64,000 bases of DNA from Prorocentrum cordatum (lineage: Eukaryota), in contig CAUYUJ010000126.1 in assembly GCA_963575745.1 (NCBI GenBank), positions 248,001 through 312,000 on the forward strand, read 5' to 3'. Positions 26,250 to 38,060 of the stretch are shown here, piece by piece. The notes below the pieces were generated by a model. It saw only the letters and a program-made list of their open reading frames with translations. It was not told the origin of the DNA and ran no database searches. The position numbers and the translations under genes are program-made. The first letter of the stretch is position 1, and the number at the start of each line of letters is the position of its first letter.

Positions 26250-29100
26250 CGCCTGCCCTCCGTTCGCGCTCCCTCAGTCTTAAGACTTCTACGGCACGCT
26301 GTGCACGGGGCTCCTCGAGCAGAGACGCCTTGCTTTACAGAATTCGCCTACTGCGCTGCCGCTTTCTGCGCAGATTTGCCTCGGACCCAAGGCCCCGATG
26401 TTCCCGTAGCGACCCGATCAGGCCGACCCTCGGGGTCGCGGCTGGCGTCAGACATGCAAACAACGCAGCAGCAGCGCTTCTTCACCTTCTCTGGCAACTC
26501 ATGGGAGCCTCCCATACCATCTCTTTGGCTCTTGCGCATCGACGCAAATCGACGCAAAATCGGCGCTACCTCATCGACTCCCAGACGCTAATCGACACTA
26601 ATCGACGCTAAAGACGGCATTCAGAGAGTATACCAAACTCCAACGATTTGCTACCAAACTGCACCCGAATTTGAATTTGGTCCGTCGTGCGTATTTTCCT
26701 AAGGGTCTGTTCGCCAAGTCTTGGGCCGATGATGCCAACTATCGCACGGAGGGCTCGAGGAAACAGAGTTGCTAGCCTCACCGATGCCGCCGTCAATTCT
26801 TCCCCAATGATCCCAAAGACGGTCTACGCCTGTCGGAAAAATCACTCGTTCTGGCTTTGGACCGCGCCCTCGCGGCCGAAACCGCATCCTCCCTGAGAGC
26901 TGCGGGACTGCAGGTCGAGAGCCAGGGGGCCGCGGCGGCTTTAGGCAGCGAGCGGGGCCCTGACGGATTGCACAGAGCTGAACGGCCCCGACGCAGGAAA
27001 CAGCTGGCCAAGCGGCAGGCGTCCAGACTGGCCAGACTCGCAGGTAGCACAGCCGGCGCGCGCGCGGCGCGCCGAGTGGTCACCACGGGGTTACACATCG
27101 ATCATGGTGATCAGGACCCTGCCATCTCACTGCCGTCCGCCACCGTTTGCCCTCTGGTTTGAGCTCATGTCGTCTTCCGCTCCCATGCGCCGACGAGCGG
27201 CTCGGGCCTGGCCGCGGGCGCTCGAAGAAATCCGAGAGGCTAAGCCTCAGCAGCGGTGGCGGAAGAACAATGAATGGCGCGATGGCGGGAACGATTTACG
27301 TGCTTCTGGCCGCGGGCTGGGGCCCAGAGGGTCCTTGGCACTGGACCCACCCTTGTGGTGACAAGTACGCGGCGTCAGAAGCTGCTTTTTAAGGTGACCC
27401 CGACTGGGAAGAGTTGTTCGAGGTGTTGAGACGATTGATATCTGCCGCAGCATGGGGAGCCTCGCGAAACTTGGGGCGGACAAGTGGAGAGGAGCACTTA
27501 GCACGGTCATGTGTGCAGGATATTGGCCGAGGGATCGGCTTGAAAACGCATGGGTGAAGGTGGATTCCAACGTTTGTCCGAGGTGTGGCCTGGAACCCGA
27601 GACTAGAGGGCAGCACATCCAACTAATGGTCACCCCGACACGCGAAGCCGCTCAGCAAACGCGCCCACATGATGAATCGAACAGGGCAAGGCTGTTTAGT
27701 AAATGCCAATTGTCGAGGTCCGGGTGGTTTCTCCTCCCTTGAGAGACGGGCCTGCACCGCTGCTTGGGCTGCGAGGCGAACGGTCAGACCCCCAGGGTGC
27801 GAGGCGACCCAGGGGCTGGCCAGCCGGGCCCTCGAAGGGGCCGCCCGGCACCCATGCTGCGGGCTCCCAGCGAGCAGTCCCACGGGAAGGGGCTCGGCTG
27901 CCTGAGCCACCCGACGCTCTCATGATCGAGCTCGAGCCCGCGATCCAGGTGGCTTCCGCCCGTGACGCCTGTGCTGTGCGCGGCACCCTTTGGTCCGCTC
28001 CGAACCGAGGGGCGGCCTCCGGCCTGCAGGCGACGCCCCGAGAAGCCCGGGCTCTCGGGCCGCGCTCGGCTCCGCCGCGGCTCCCGGGCGGCTGCCTCGG
28101 CGGGCGAGGGCCAGGGCCCCGGGGCGCCGAGCTCGGTCCAGGCGTCGGGGGCCTTCGGGGGCCCGTTGCCAGGGAGGCGGCAGGGGATCAACCGAGGCGA
28201 GAGTCTTGCTTTGAAGGAGGTCCTGCAGGCCACTCCTGGCCGCGATCTTTCTCATGCTGCCGATAGCGCCTGCGTCGTGAGTGGGCTGTACAATCTGAGA
28301 TCGAAGGCCTGCTGGAGGCTAAGGCAGAATCGCAATGTGTGGAACCTTGTGCGAGAGCCGACGGGGAGCCGAGGCGTCCAAGCGAGGTCCGACGCCATGT
28401 CTCGGAAGACCTGCTGGAGAGGTGCCGCCCCGAGCAGCGCGCGCTTCTCGCTGTCAGCGACTTGGCTGGTAAGTCAGCTGAGAGGTTCTGCCCTGATGCC
28501 CAGGTGCCTCCAGGAACTGCCGAATCTCCCAAGGGGCTCGAGGCAGAAGCGAGGGTCATTCGGAAGCGGCTGACTTCCATCCTATCCTGCATGCCTGCCT
28601 CCGCTGGAGCAGGGGAGAAGGCGGCGGCGCAGGGAACGGCCAAGCAGAAGCTCGCCCTGCCAGCGGCCGGCAGAGGCAGTGCACCTGCTGAGTGTCACGG
28701 GGTCGTGGGGCTGTCGCCGTCGCCAGTGGCACCGTCGTACTTGTGGTTCGGAAGCCGCCACCGGGTGCAAATCATCAAACATTCCAGGGCTCCGCGCGCC
28801 CTGCCGTGCCCCTGGACTCGTCGCGTGAGGCGGGGCCTCGTAGGCGGGGTGTCTCGGCCCACCCTTCTCACAGGATAGGGTGGTGGGAGGCGGGGGTGGG
28901 CACGCAGAAGGAACTGATGCTCGCCTGCTCGAGGTGCGGAGGTCTTGGCACACACCACCCCTGCTCGACTGGCAAGCTTGCCATGCGAGCCTCCCACACG
29001 TAGTGGGCTCGAGTACTTGAAGGATCTCGGGAAAGGATGGGCTCCAGGCCACACGCAGCTGGCTAAGAAGGTCAACGTCCTGCGGTGATCGTGGAGGGAG
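26250..29100 (+). mobile_element. Decayed, internally deleted LINE (APE remnant, post-RT, zf-RVT, RNase H, Zn finger) downstream of (CCT)n at 26040-26200
   Basis: FFTFSGNSW; ARAWPRAL; AGYWPRDRL...CPRCGLEPET; GPLPGRRQGINRGE, AADSACVV, NRNVW; HPSH...CSRCGG. Collinear with ORF2 of the 44-51 kb element. Confidence 0.8.
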
Positions 29101-29409
29101 AGCTGCGCAGAGCTTAATCGAATGGCATCCTGATTCAACACGGCCGCCGCGAAAGAATATCGGTTTGATCCAAAACTTCGCTTTCGCAACTTCCCCCTCG
29201 CCCCTCCATGGAAAACAAAAAAGTAGCATGGCATGTTTTCTGGATGGGCTGATGGGGATACGTCAAACACCCCGCAATCGCGGATAAGAGTGAGGGGGCG
29301 GCGGAGATGTCTAAAGTCTTCGAGGCTCTGAAGAAGCCCGCCGCACGCGCCTAATTGCTACAAATTATACAACGGTCCCGCCGCAAGCGCAGAATTTTCG
29401 TTCAAACAA

Positions 29410-29575
29410 TGCGGGTGGGTCGAGGGGTAAGTCGCGGGTGGGTCGCGGGTGGGTCGCGGGTGGGTCGCGGGCTGGGACGCGGGTGGGTCGTGGGCGGGTC
29501 GCGGGGTGGGTCGTGGGGTGGGTCGCGGGGTGGGTCGTGGGGTGGGTCGCGGGTGGGTCGCGGACCAGGTCGCGG
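29410..29575. repeat. Tandem ~10-11-mer (gggtgggtcgc)n
   Basis: Direct reading. Confidence 0.9.
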
Positions 29576-29839
29576 GGGGGACGACGCCAAACAACAAGAA
29601 GGTTGACACGTGACCTTTTGTTGCCCGTTCACCGGGAAACTTGTTCAATGCTTGTCTTGAAAAGACAACCCGTGACCTTGCCCCCCGGGAGTAAGTACCC
29701 CCCCCTGGCAACCAGCAGCCAGCAACCTCGGGCTCCATGTCTCGCTCCGCTGTAACTTCGTTTGCTTAAGGGTGTGAACTCCTCCGTCATGCAATGTTTC
29801 CATGTCTGCACCAACAAAGTTCCTGAATCGATCGGCTCC

Positions 29840-31565
29840 TACATGATCCTATAGAAACCTATAGGATTCCTAAAGGATCCTATATGGATCCTACACGGAT
29901 CCGATGCGATCCTATAGGATCCGATGGGATCCTGTGGAGATTCTATAGGGATCCCATACGATCTTGTAGGGTCCGATAGGAATCCTATAACGATTGTTTT
30001 GACATCCCATGCGGCCCTATAGGATCCTATAGGAACCGTATAAAGATCGTCTAGGAATCCCATGCGATCCGATGGATCCGATGGACATCGTATAGGGATT
30101 GTTTTGGAATCCAATGCGGTCCGCTAGGATCCTGTAGGAATCGTGAAACGATTGTATAGGGAATCCCATGCTATCCTACAGGGTCCCAAGGAAACCGTGT
30201 AGGAATCGTACAGGCATTGTATTGGAATCCCATGCGATCCTATAGGATCCTATAGGACTCGTATAGGGATTGTATTGGAATCCCATGCGATCCTATAGAA
30301 CCCTATAGAAATAGTATAGGGAAGGTTTCGGAATCGCATGCGATCCTATAGGGCCCAATCGGACTCGTATAGGCATTCTATAGGCATCCCATGCGATTTC
30401 ATCGGATCGTATGCGGATCGTATAGGGATTGTTTGGGAATCCCATGCGATTTTATAGGACCCAATGGGAATCCGATAGGGTTCCTATAGGAATCGTATGG
30501 GAATTGTATAGGGAATCCCATGCGAACCTATAGGGTCCTAGGTGAAACGTAGACAGTCCTATAGGCATCGTATAGGGATTGGTTTGGAATCCCATGTGGT
30601 TCTATAAGGTCCTACGGGAATCCTAGAGGGATTGTATAGGAAGCCCGTTCGATCCTATCGGATCCTATGGGGATGCTATAGGGATTGCTTTGGAAACTCA
30701 TACGATCCTATCGGATCCGATGGGAATACTATAGGGATTGCTTCGGAATCCCATGCGGTCCTATAGGACCATGTAGGAATCGTATAGGGATGATATAAGA
30801 ATCCCATGCGATCCTATAGGGGTTGTATGGGGAATCCCATGCGATCCTGCAGAATCTGAAAGGAATCGTACAGGAATTGTACAGGACTCCAATGCGATCC
30901 TATAGTATCCTAACGGAGTCGTGAAGGGATTGTTTTGGAATCCCATGCGACCCTATGGGGTCCTACAGGAATCTTATGGGGATTGTATTGGAATTCCATG
31001 CGATCCGAGCAGGAACACTAGAAATCGTATAGGGATTGCGTTGGAATCCCATGCGGTCCGCTAGGATCCTGTAGGGATCGTATAGGGCCCAAACGGATTT
31101 GAACAAAAAACATCATTGAAAAAAAATTCCATGCGATCTTATCAGGATTTTTGTAGGACGCGTATACAATCCTATAGGAATCGTAAAACAGATTGTATAG
31201 GAACCCCATGCGATCTTATAGGGTCGCTGGGGGTCATATAAGGATTGTTTTGGAACCCCATGCGATCCTACAGGATCCTATACGCATCGTGCAGGGATTC
31301 TACAGGCACCCCATGCGATCCCGTAGAACCCAACCGGGTCCTGTAGGGGTCGTATAGGAACCCCATACGATCGTATAGGATCCTATACGCATCGTCTTAG
31401 GATTGTATAGGAACCCCATGCGATCCTACAAGGTCCGAACGAAACCGTATGAGGATTGTATACGGAAACCCATGCGATCGTGTAGGATCGTATACGCATC
31501 GTATAGGGATTGTATCTGAACCCCATGCGATCCCATGAAATCCTATAGGGATCCGAAACCCATGC
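29840..31565. repeat. ~53-bp satellite built from near-palindromic cctatagg/ggatcc subunits
   Basis: cccatgcgatcc recurs at ~30006, 30059, 30110, 30165, 30229, 30282, 30335, 30388, 30441 and onward. Confidence 0.92.
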
Positions 31566-31819
31566 GAACCTTCGGTGGAGCTCCCCGTGAGGCCACAGCC
31601 ACGATCCTCGAGGGGTGTGCTGACATGAACCTTAGGTTGCTGGTTGCCGGGGGGGGGGGGGAGCGGGCAACAAGGTCACATGTCAATCAGCACCAACAGC
31701 ATCAACAATAATAACGACAACAGCAGCAACACCAGCGGCAGGAACAGCAACGACAACGACACAAAACAGCAGCGAAAACACAACACCAACACGAAGGCCA
31801 ACGCTAGCAACGCCAACGA

Positions 31820-33250
31820 ACATTTCAAAACAGTTCGCTCTTATCTGCTCGCGTGTCATTCAATGTGCATATCCCAAACCATGGATACCCGCCCTCTTCG
31901 TCTCTGATCGTGCCCCCTTTTGGGGGGTATATTCATTCCCTGCCACGCGTGGTTGGTGAAGCCCTTGAAAACGATGGGTAACAGCTAACGGGGGAGCATG
32001 AGGACGAAGGGATCGGAGGAAGGGAGGGGAGGGGCAAGAAGGAGGGAGGACGATGATTTGCGGTGCGAGTGGCGATTCATCTTGCGCCATGGCTTGCGCC
32101 AGCCACTCCAACACAAATTAACAATAAGTTTCGTCATGAGTCGCGCCTTACACAGCGCCACGTACCACCCCCTTGAAAGAACATATCGTGGATAACCCCA
32201 CAGGAGGACGTACAGCTGCGAACTGGTGTTAGATACAAATTTCGTGGAACCCTGATTAGAAGCGGGATGTTGGGAGAGTGGGGCGGAAGGATAATGATAA
32301 CTGCAACTGTGTCGACAGGAGCGCGGAAGTCCCAAGTGAGAGCGCGATTCTTCAACACATTGTGAGGAAGTATCAAGCGGGAGCCGCGATCTGGTGGAAA
32401 TTGCAAGGCAGTCCCAAGCGAGAGCGCGATTCTTCAATAAATTGTGAGGAAGTATCATGCGGGAGCGGTTCTTGTTGCTGTAAAACGGGGGCCAACGACA
32501 CAGCTTGACCCTCAAGGCTTCCCCTCATAAAAACAGGGTGCGAACCACGGACAGAGCACTTCAATCGAAAAAAAAAATGTGCACCGCACGGGGGGGATCA
32601 ACAATACTTATTCTTCAGAAGTGAGAAGTCAACAACAACAACAACGCCAACAAGATGAACAACGCCAACAACACCAACAACACCAACAACAGCAACAACA
32701 ACAACAACAATCATCTTAAGACTGTTCGCTCTTACTGGCACGCGTGTCTTGCATTCCGTATACCCCAACCCTCGATACCCGCCCACTTCGTCTTCGATTG
32801 CGCCCCCTGTCGGGGGGAATATCTTTCTTGTCGGCCACTGACTGAAGTGCGAAGAAGTCTCGAGCGAGAGCGCCGTTCCTGAGTTCGGGGGCCTCTCTGG
32901 CCAGGGGCTCTCGGAATACCGATGGAGAAATATTGAACGGGAGCCTTTGTCGCCGTGTCCGGGCCTCCACCAACTTGCGTGAATTACGGGAAAGTCTCGA
33001 GCGTGAGCGCCGTTCCTGAGTTCGGGGGCCTTTTTGGCCGGGGGGCTCTCGGAGTAAATCGTGAGGAAGTATCGAACATGAGCCCTTGCCGTCGTGGCTG
33101 GGCCTCCGCCAACTTAATTGCAAGGAAGTCTCGAGCGAGAGCGCCGTTCCTGGGTTCGGGGGCCTCTCTGGCCAGGGTGTCTCCGGGTAAATTGTGAGGA
33201 AGTATCGAGCGGGAGCCGTTGCTGTCGTAGCTGGGCCTCCGTGGGCCCAC
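31820..33250 (+). repeat. Two copies of a ~125-bp unit following (CAA)n tracts (31825-31950, 32718-32840), then three ~135-bp tandem units
   Basis: gttcgctctta...cgcgtgtc...gatacccgccc...cttcgtct is shared. gtctcgagcgagagcgccgttcctg occurs at ~32857, 32994 and 33128. Confidence 0.8.
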
Positions 33251-33465
33251 CTTTAGGCTCAAGCCAACGCTCAAGCGGGAGCCTCATTTTCAGAGAAAAT
33301 GTAGCCGGCGTCGAGGCGAGAGCGCGCGGAACCGCTACCAGAGATCAACAATATTTTTTGATGAATATTCAACAAAAGCAAGAGCAGCAGCAGCAGCAAC
33401 AGCAACAACACCAACACCACCACCACCAACAACACCAACAACAACAACTACACCAACTACAACAA

Positions 33466-33503
<38 letters not shown>

Positions 33504-33829
33504 ACCAGCCAGCCAGCCAGCCAGACAGACAAACAGACAGACGAACAATACCAGCAACAACAACAATAATCCACATCGCGGAATCCCACTTCAGCCACGC
33601 ACCCTGGGACAGTGACTGACCGTTCGGCCCCCTCACTCTGATGATTGACCATCTTAAGGAGGATGATGGCGTTGAACAAACAGAAGGGGTAGGCAAAGGA
33701 AAAAGGAGGAATGAGGAAGGAGGGATGGTGGAGAAGGAGAACGAGAAGACACAGGATCGGGACGAGAAAGTGGAGAAGGAGGGGCAACACAAGGAAGAGG
33801 CAGGAAGGGGGGAGGATAAGGCATAGCAT

Positions 33830-34260
33830 GTGGATCTTGAAGGGTAAGAAGGAGGACAACTTTCCCTCCTCCTGGCCCGACTCCTGCTTCGCTCTCGCCG
33901 TCTTCTTCTCTCCGCACCAGTTGCCCGATGACGGCAGGAGCTGTCGGCGCTGCAAGAACTGTGCCGCCGAGTCTGTCGTCACGAGGTGGCGCGAAGTCTG
34001 GTGCCCCGAGCTCCAGCCCCAGCAGATTTTGGATTCCTTAAGGTCGCCGAGGGGTCAGCTGGTGCACATTAGGTGGCGGGACGCATCGTGGCCATCGTAT
34101 GCTGCATCGTGCGGGCTGAAAGTGCGGCTTTGCAACACGTGTGAGTCAGTGGGAGTGTTCCGGTGCGTGCACTTGCGCATGCTCGGTCAGCTGGCCCCAT
34201 CTGATCAGAATCCCGAAATCAAAATTCCCAAGGAATGCCCTCCACCAACGCCGTGCTGAA
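33830..34260 (+). mobile_element. Isolated C-terminal Zn-finger fragment of a LINE ORF2
   Basis: HQLPDDGRSCRRCKNC...WPSY...LCNTCES parallels HKFERCADKWRCCAC...HPSH...FCVKCG in the intact element. Confidence 0.5.
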
Positions 34261-34483
34261 TGCACGAGCTCTGCTGTTGGGGCCCCCATGGCCTCGTTTC
34301 CGCATCGAGCCGCCCCGTCCCACGGGGGAGGGGTGGGACGGGGAGCGAGGAGGGAAGGGACGAGGACGGCGAAACCGCGAACAGCTGCGCGCCCTCGTGG
34401 CGGCCCCTGCTCTCGGGGCCACCTCCGCCCTCCACCCGGCCGACTGCCCGAGGCAGCCGGGGAGGCAGCGCGTGGCCACCCAG

Positions 34484-34656
34484 GTCGAGTGTTGCTAGAA
34501 GTGCCCCTGACCCAAGGTGCCCCCAGCTTTTCGCTTTGTTTTGGGGCCCCTGGGGCCCTCTGGGCCTCGTGAAGGGTGCTCTGGAGGCCGTCTGGGCCAC
34601 ACGGAGAATCATGGGGTCACCTTGGGCCAGGGGTACTTCTAGCAACACCCGACCAG
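34484..34656 (+). mobile_element. 173-nt MITE that reads as a GT-AG intron (introner-like)
   Basis: ~42-bp TIRs (gtcgagtgttgctagaagtgcccctgacccaaggtgcccca / tggggtcaccttgggccaggggtacttctagcaacacccgac, 4 mismatches). CAG duplicated at 34481-83 and 34654-56. Junctions cag|gt and cag|g. Confidence 0.8.
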
Positions 34657-34904
34657 GGGAGCACGGACGAGCTGCGCCGGCCGCCAGAGAGCCGGGCGCC
34701 GTCCCGGCTCGGCGGCCACTCCTCTCCAGAGGAGCGGGAGCGGCTGCACGGCCGGCCGCGCCGGGAGGCCCGCGCGGGCCACGCGCACGGCTGCGCTCGC
34801 GCACACTTTCTGCTCTCGGGCCTGCCTCCTGCCCCCCGCTCCCCCTCCACGCCCTCTCCCGCTCCCCCTCCTCCTCTCCTCCTCCCTCCTCCTCCTCTCC
34901 TCTC

Positions 34905-34979
34905 TCTCCTCCTCCTCCTCCTCCTCCTCCTCCTCCTCCTCCTCCTCCTCCTCCTCCTCCTCCTCCTCCTCCTCCTCCT
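34905..34979. repeat. Pure (CCT)n tract at the 3' junction of the retrocopy
   Basis: Direct reading. Confidence 0.97.
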
Positions 34980-35006
34980 GTATCGTAGTACACGGAGGGG
35001 CCAAAA

Positions 35007-36306
35007 TCAAGCCAGCGTTGCGACTCCTACCGAGACTGTGGAAGAACTATGGCTAGACACGTCCAGGGCCTTGGAATGAAGACCAATACGATGCTGACAT
35101 TCGGCCGGAGGCGTGGCTTCGTCGCTATGGTCGTCCTCCCCGAGGAGGCCTCCAACAGAACACCCTGCTCGCCCCAGATGCTTGACGAAGAGGTTCAAGA
35201 AGCTAGTGCCACTGCGCGTGCGGCCATACACGACTTTCAGCATGACCTTACCCAAGGTAAGCCACTGTGGAGCCTCGTCAGCGTCACTGCTCGACGCGTA
35301 GTGGTACCATCCTCTCCTGGTTGCCAGTGCCCAAGACCCTGTGATGTTTATCTCTTGGAAGTAGATATCCTGCGCAACTCCCGCCCATTCGAAGCGCCTC
35401 GGCCACCACGCGAAGTAATGTGTGTTCAGGGCCCTGCCCGCGAGGGATATGTATCAACACATGCTGGCCCACTTTCATCAGGTCATATCGCTCGCCATAC
35501 ATATTTTGAAGGTGGGGATCTCCAAAGCAGTCGCCGTGCCCGAGACACTGGGCGTCGGGCTGGGCGTCGGACTCGGCGTCGGACTCGGCACGGGCTGGGC
35601 GTCGGGCTCGGCGTCGGGCTGGGCGTCGGGCTGGACGTCGGACTGGGCGTGGGACTGGGCGTCGGACTGGGCTCCGGGCTGGGCGTTTGACTGTCCTCAA
35701 GTTGGAACGCGATCTCCCGAATATATGGTTGATAACCAGTTGAGGTTTGCGTGATCACCAGTCGAAGATGCTGCACTGGGGTGTCGTAATCGACGTCGAA
35801 GTCCTGCACGTTATTAATTCCCGTGGTCACTGATCCTAGCGAAACAAAAACAGAGTTGAATGTTCCGACTTGTGCCGTTGACGTGTAAAGCACCGCCTTT
35901 GTAACATCATGTGTCGTATCGCCCCAATGTTGGATTCGAATACCTTGCAGAGTGTACTCCGAGCCAAGATTAAACTCGATCCACCATGCGTTATGGTACC
36001 GGGGTGCCCCCCAGCATTCCAAAATGTGTTTGTATTACCATCCATAGTGTTTGTCCCAACTTGAGTTGAATGAGCTGTTTCCCAATCGACGATCCAAGAC
36101 GTGTCCTGGGACCACGCGACTGTCTCCATACCGCGGTTCGTGATGTTGAAGAACTCCTGCTTGAGCTTTCCAGTGCCCAAGCTTGCCGAGTTCGTAAGGT
36201 CGTTCTTGTTGGACATGTCCTGGGTCATGGACACCACATGCAACGCGGCCCCTCCTCCAACTGAAGACAACAGCCAAACAACGGTAATCACGAGAGAATG
36301 GGCCAT
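35007..36306 (-). CDS. Intronless retrocopy: putative secreted protein with F5/8 type C (discoidin/CBM32-like) domain, Pro/Ser/Thr linker and GDPH-motif (vWD-like) C-terminal domain; several frameshifts as assembled
   Basis: Signal-like MAHSLVITVVWLLSS; DGNTNTFW, WWIEFNLGSEYTLQGIRIQ and LRLVIT...IREIAF; (PSPT)n; GDPHLQNMYGERYDLMK...GGLLGEDDH; stop at 35007-35009. One frameshift lies in a G run at ~36007-36012. SL 140 nt upstream of the ATG. Confidence 0.8.
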
Positions 36307-36433
36307 TGTGCCGGAAAAGACTGACCCGTAATCACGGAGAAACGAGCTCGAATATTCGTGTGTGTGTGTGTGTGCGTGTGTTCATATAGCGGCCGGCCGA
36401 TCCACACAGATGCTCCAACCGGAGGAACAGCTG

Positions 36434-36468
36434 CTTGAGGCAAGCGCTTGAGCCAAAATGGCTACGGA
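36434..36468 (-). other. Genomic DinoSL (36447-36468, 22/22) followed by a relic SL (36434-36446)
   Basis: Reverse complement reads TCCGTAGCCATTTTGGCTCAAG-cgcttgcctcaag. Confidence 0.97.
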
Positions 36469-37767
36469 CCTCCTCCTCCTCCTCCCTCCTCCTCCTCCTC
36501 CTCCTCGTCCTCCTCCCCTCCTCCCTCCTCGGAGCTCTGCTGCACTGGTCGTGCAAGCACAATGCCAAGTGGAAGAAAGAGGGCGAGACCCGACGTCAGG
36601 GGCCAACCCTGGAAGGGCAAAGGAGTAACCTTCTCAACCTGGAGCTTGGTACCAGGCACCACTCCTGATTCCGCTCTTGCTCTCGCTGCTGCTGCTCCAG
36701 CCCCTATTGCTCCATCCTCCCCCCCCACTTCTGGCCTCTGGATGACCCCGACCATGTTGATGGGCGCGGTGAAGAAGCTGAGCACCGACTGGGCAGTCGC
36801 CCCTAGCATCAACCTGCTGGGTTCGCTCTTGCGGGCGGTAGGCTAAGATCCGGAACGACAAAACCAAACCTCAATTCAAAGCTTACTACAAAGCAAACGG
36901 GTGCCGCAGGTGCAACGTGTACGCCCACCTGGTCTGGTCGCTGAGGGGAACGGATAAGCAGATGGGCCAGTCGAAAGATCGATGGTCCTCCTCTCCTTCC
37001 TGCTCTCCTCCTCCTCCCTCCTCCCTCCTCCTTCTTTCCTCCAACTCCAAGTTCTCCTCATCCTCAACCTCATCCTCAGCCTCCTCATCCTGTATCCTTC
37101 GTCGTCCCTCCTCCCTCGCCCGAACCCCCCTCCTCCGCATTGGCAATTCGGCTCTGACCACAACTCCGAGGAGAATCCGGCCGCGGCGACGAGAAGCCCC
37201 GACGAAGCCCAAGACGACGAACGAGCAACACGCACTCACACCCATGGGGGTGACGGAGAGGGCTACGGGTGCGTGTTGTCGGATGGGCCCCCCCCACCGC
37301 TCGAACAGGAGCCTCCCCCGGGGTCCGACGACCCGCACCCATACCCATAGGCAGCAATCATCCCTCCTCCCCCCGACCCCGCTGTGGGTATGCGTGTGTG
37401 CTGTTCTTTCGTCGCAAGAGAGGGCGGACGCCATCCCAGACGGCTGAACCTCAAACCTCAATCGCGAACTTCCATCCTCGTCTTCCTGTGGCATGAAAGA
37501 AACGGGCACTTAAAGAACAGACGTGTTATTGCCTCAGATTTCCGTGCGTTGGGCACGCAAAAACCCTCCAAGAAATTGCCCGTGTAACCGAATTCAGGTG
37601 TTGCTAATTAGCAAGGAGGCCTCGTTTGTTAACGAACCCATCCAGACTATCCAAACAAATCACTCCACCACGGACTTTCCCTGTGACACGGTCTTCCATC
37701 CGGAGCCGCTTGCCAACAAAGCTGGGGTCCGCGAAGGTCCCGTCGGCCCGACGAGGGCCGAGACCCG

Positions 37768-38060
37768 TAGGACCCACTTCCTGCAGCACCCGCTCCCCGA
37801 CACAGAAGCCGATGGGAGCTCTTCCCTCCGCGGCCCCAAAGGGCCCCGACCGCTCCCCGGGTGGGCAGTCTGCGTCACAGACCAGCTCCTGCTGGCCCCG
37901 GGGGGCCGAGACCAGCAGGACCCACTTCCTTCAGCACCCGCTCCCTGACACAGAAGCCGATGGGAGCTCTCTTCCCTCCGCGGCCCCCAGAGGGCCCCGA
38001 CCGCCTGCCGGGTGGGCCACCTCCGTCGCAGACCGGCCCTCGCTGGCCCCCGGGGGCCGA
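37768..38060 (+). repeat. ~150-bp tandem duplication
   Basis: aggacccacttcct...cagcacccgctccc..acacagaagccgatgggagctct at ~37768 and ~37917. Confidence 0.9.

Noticed and set aside
32087..32108. Possible relic SLs (tggcgcaagccatggcgcaag, minus; also 25979-25996 and ~23240)
   Set aside because: Too degenerate and not tied to a recognisable downstream ORF.
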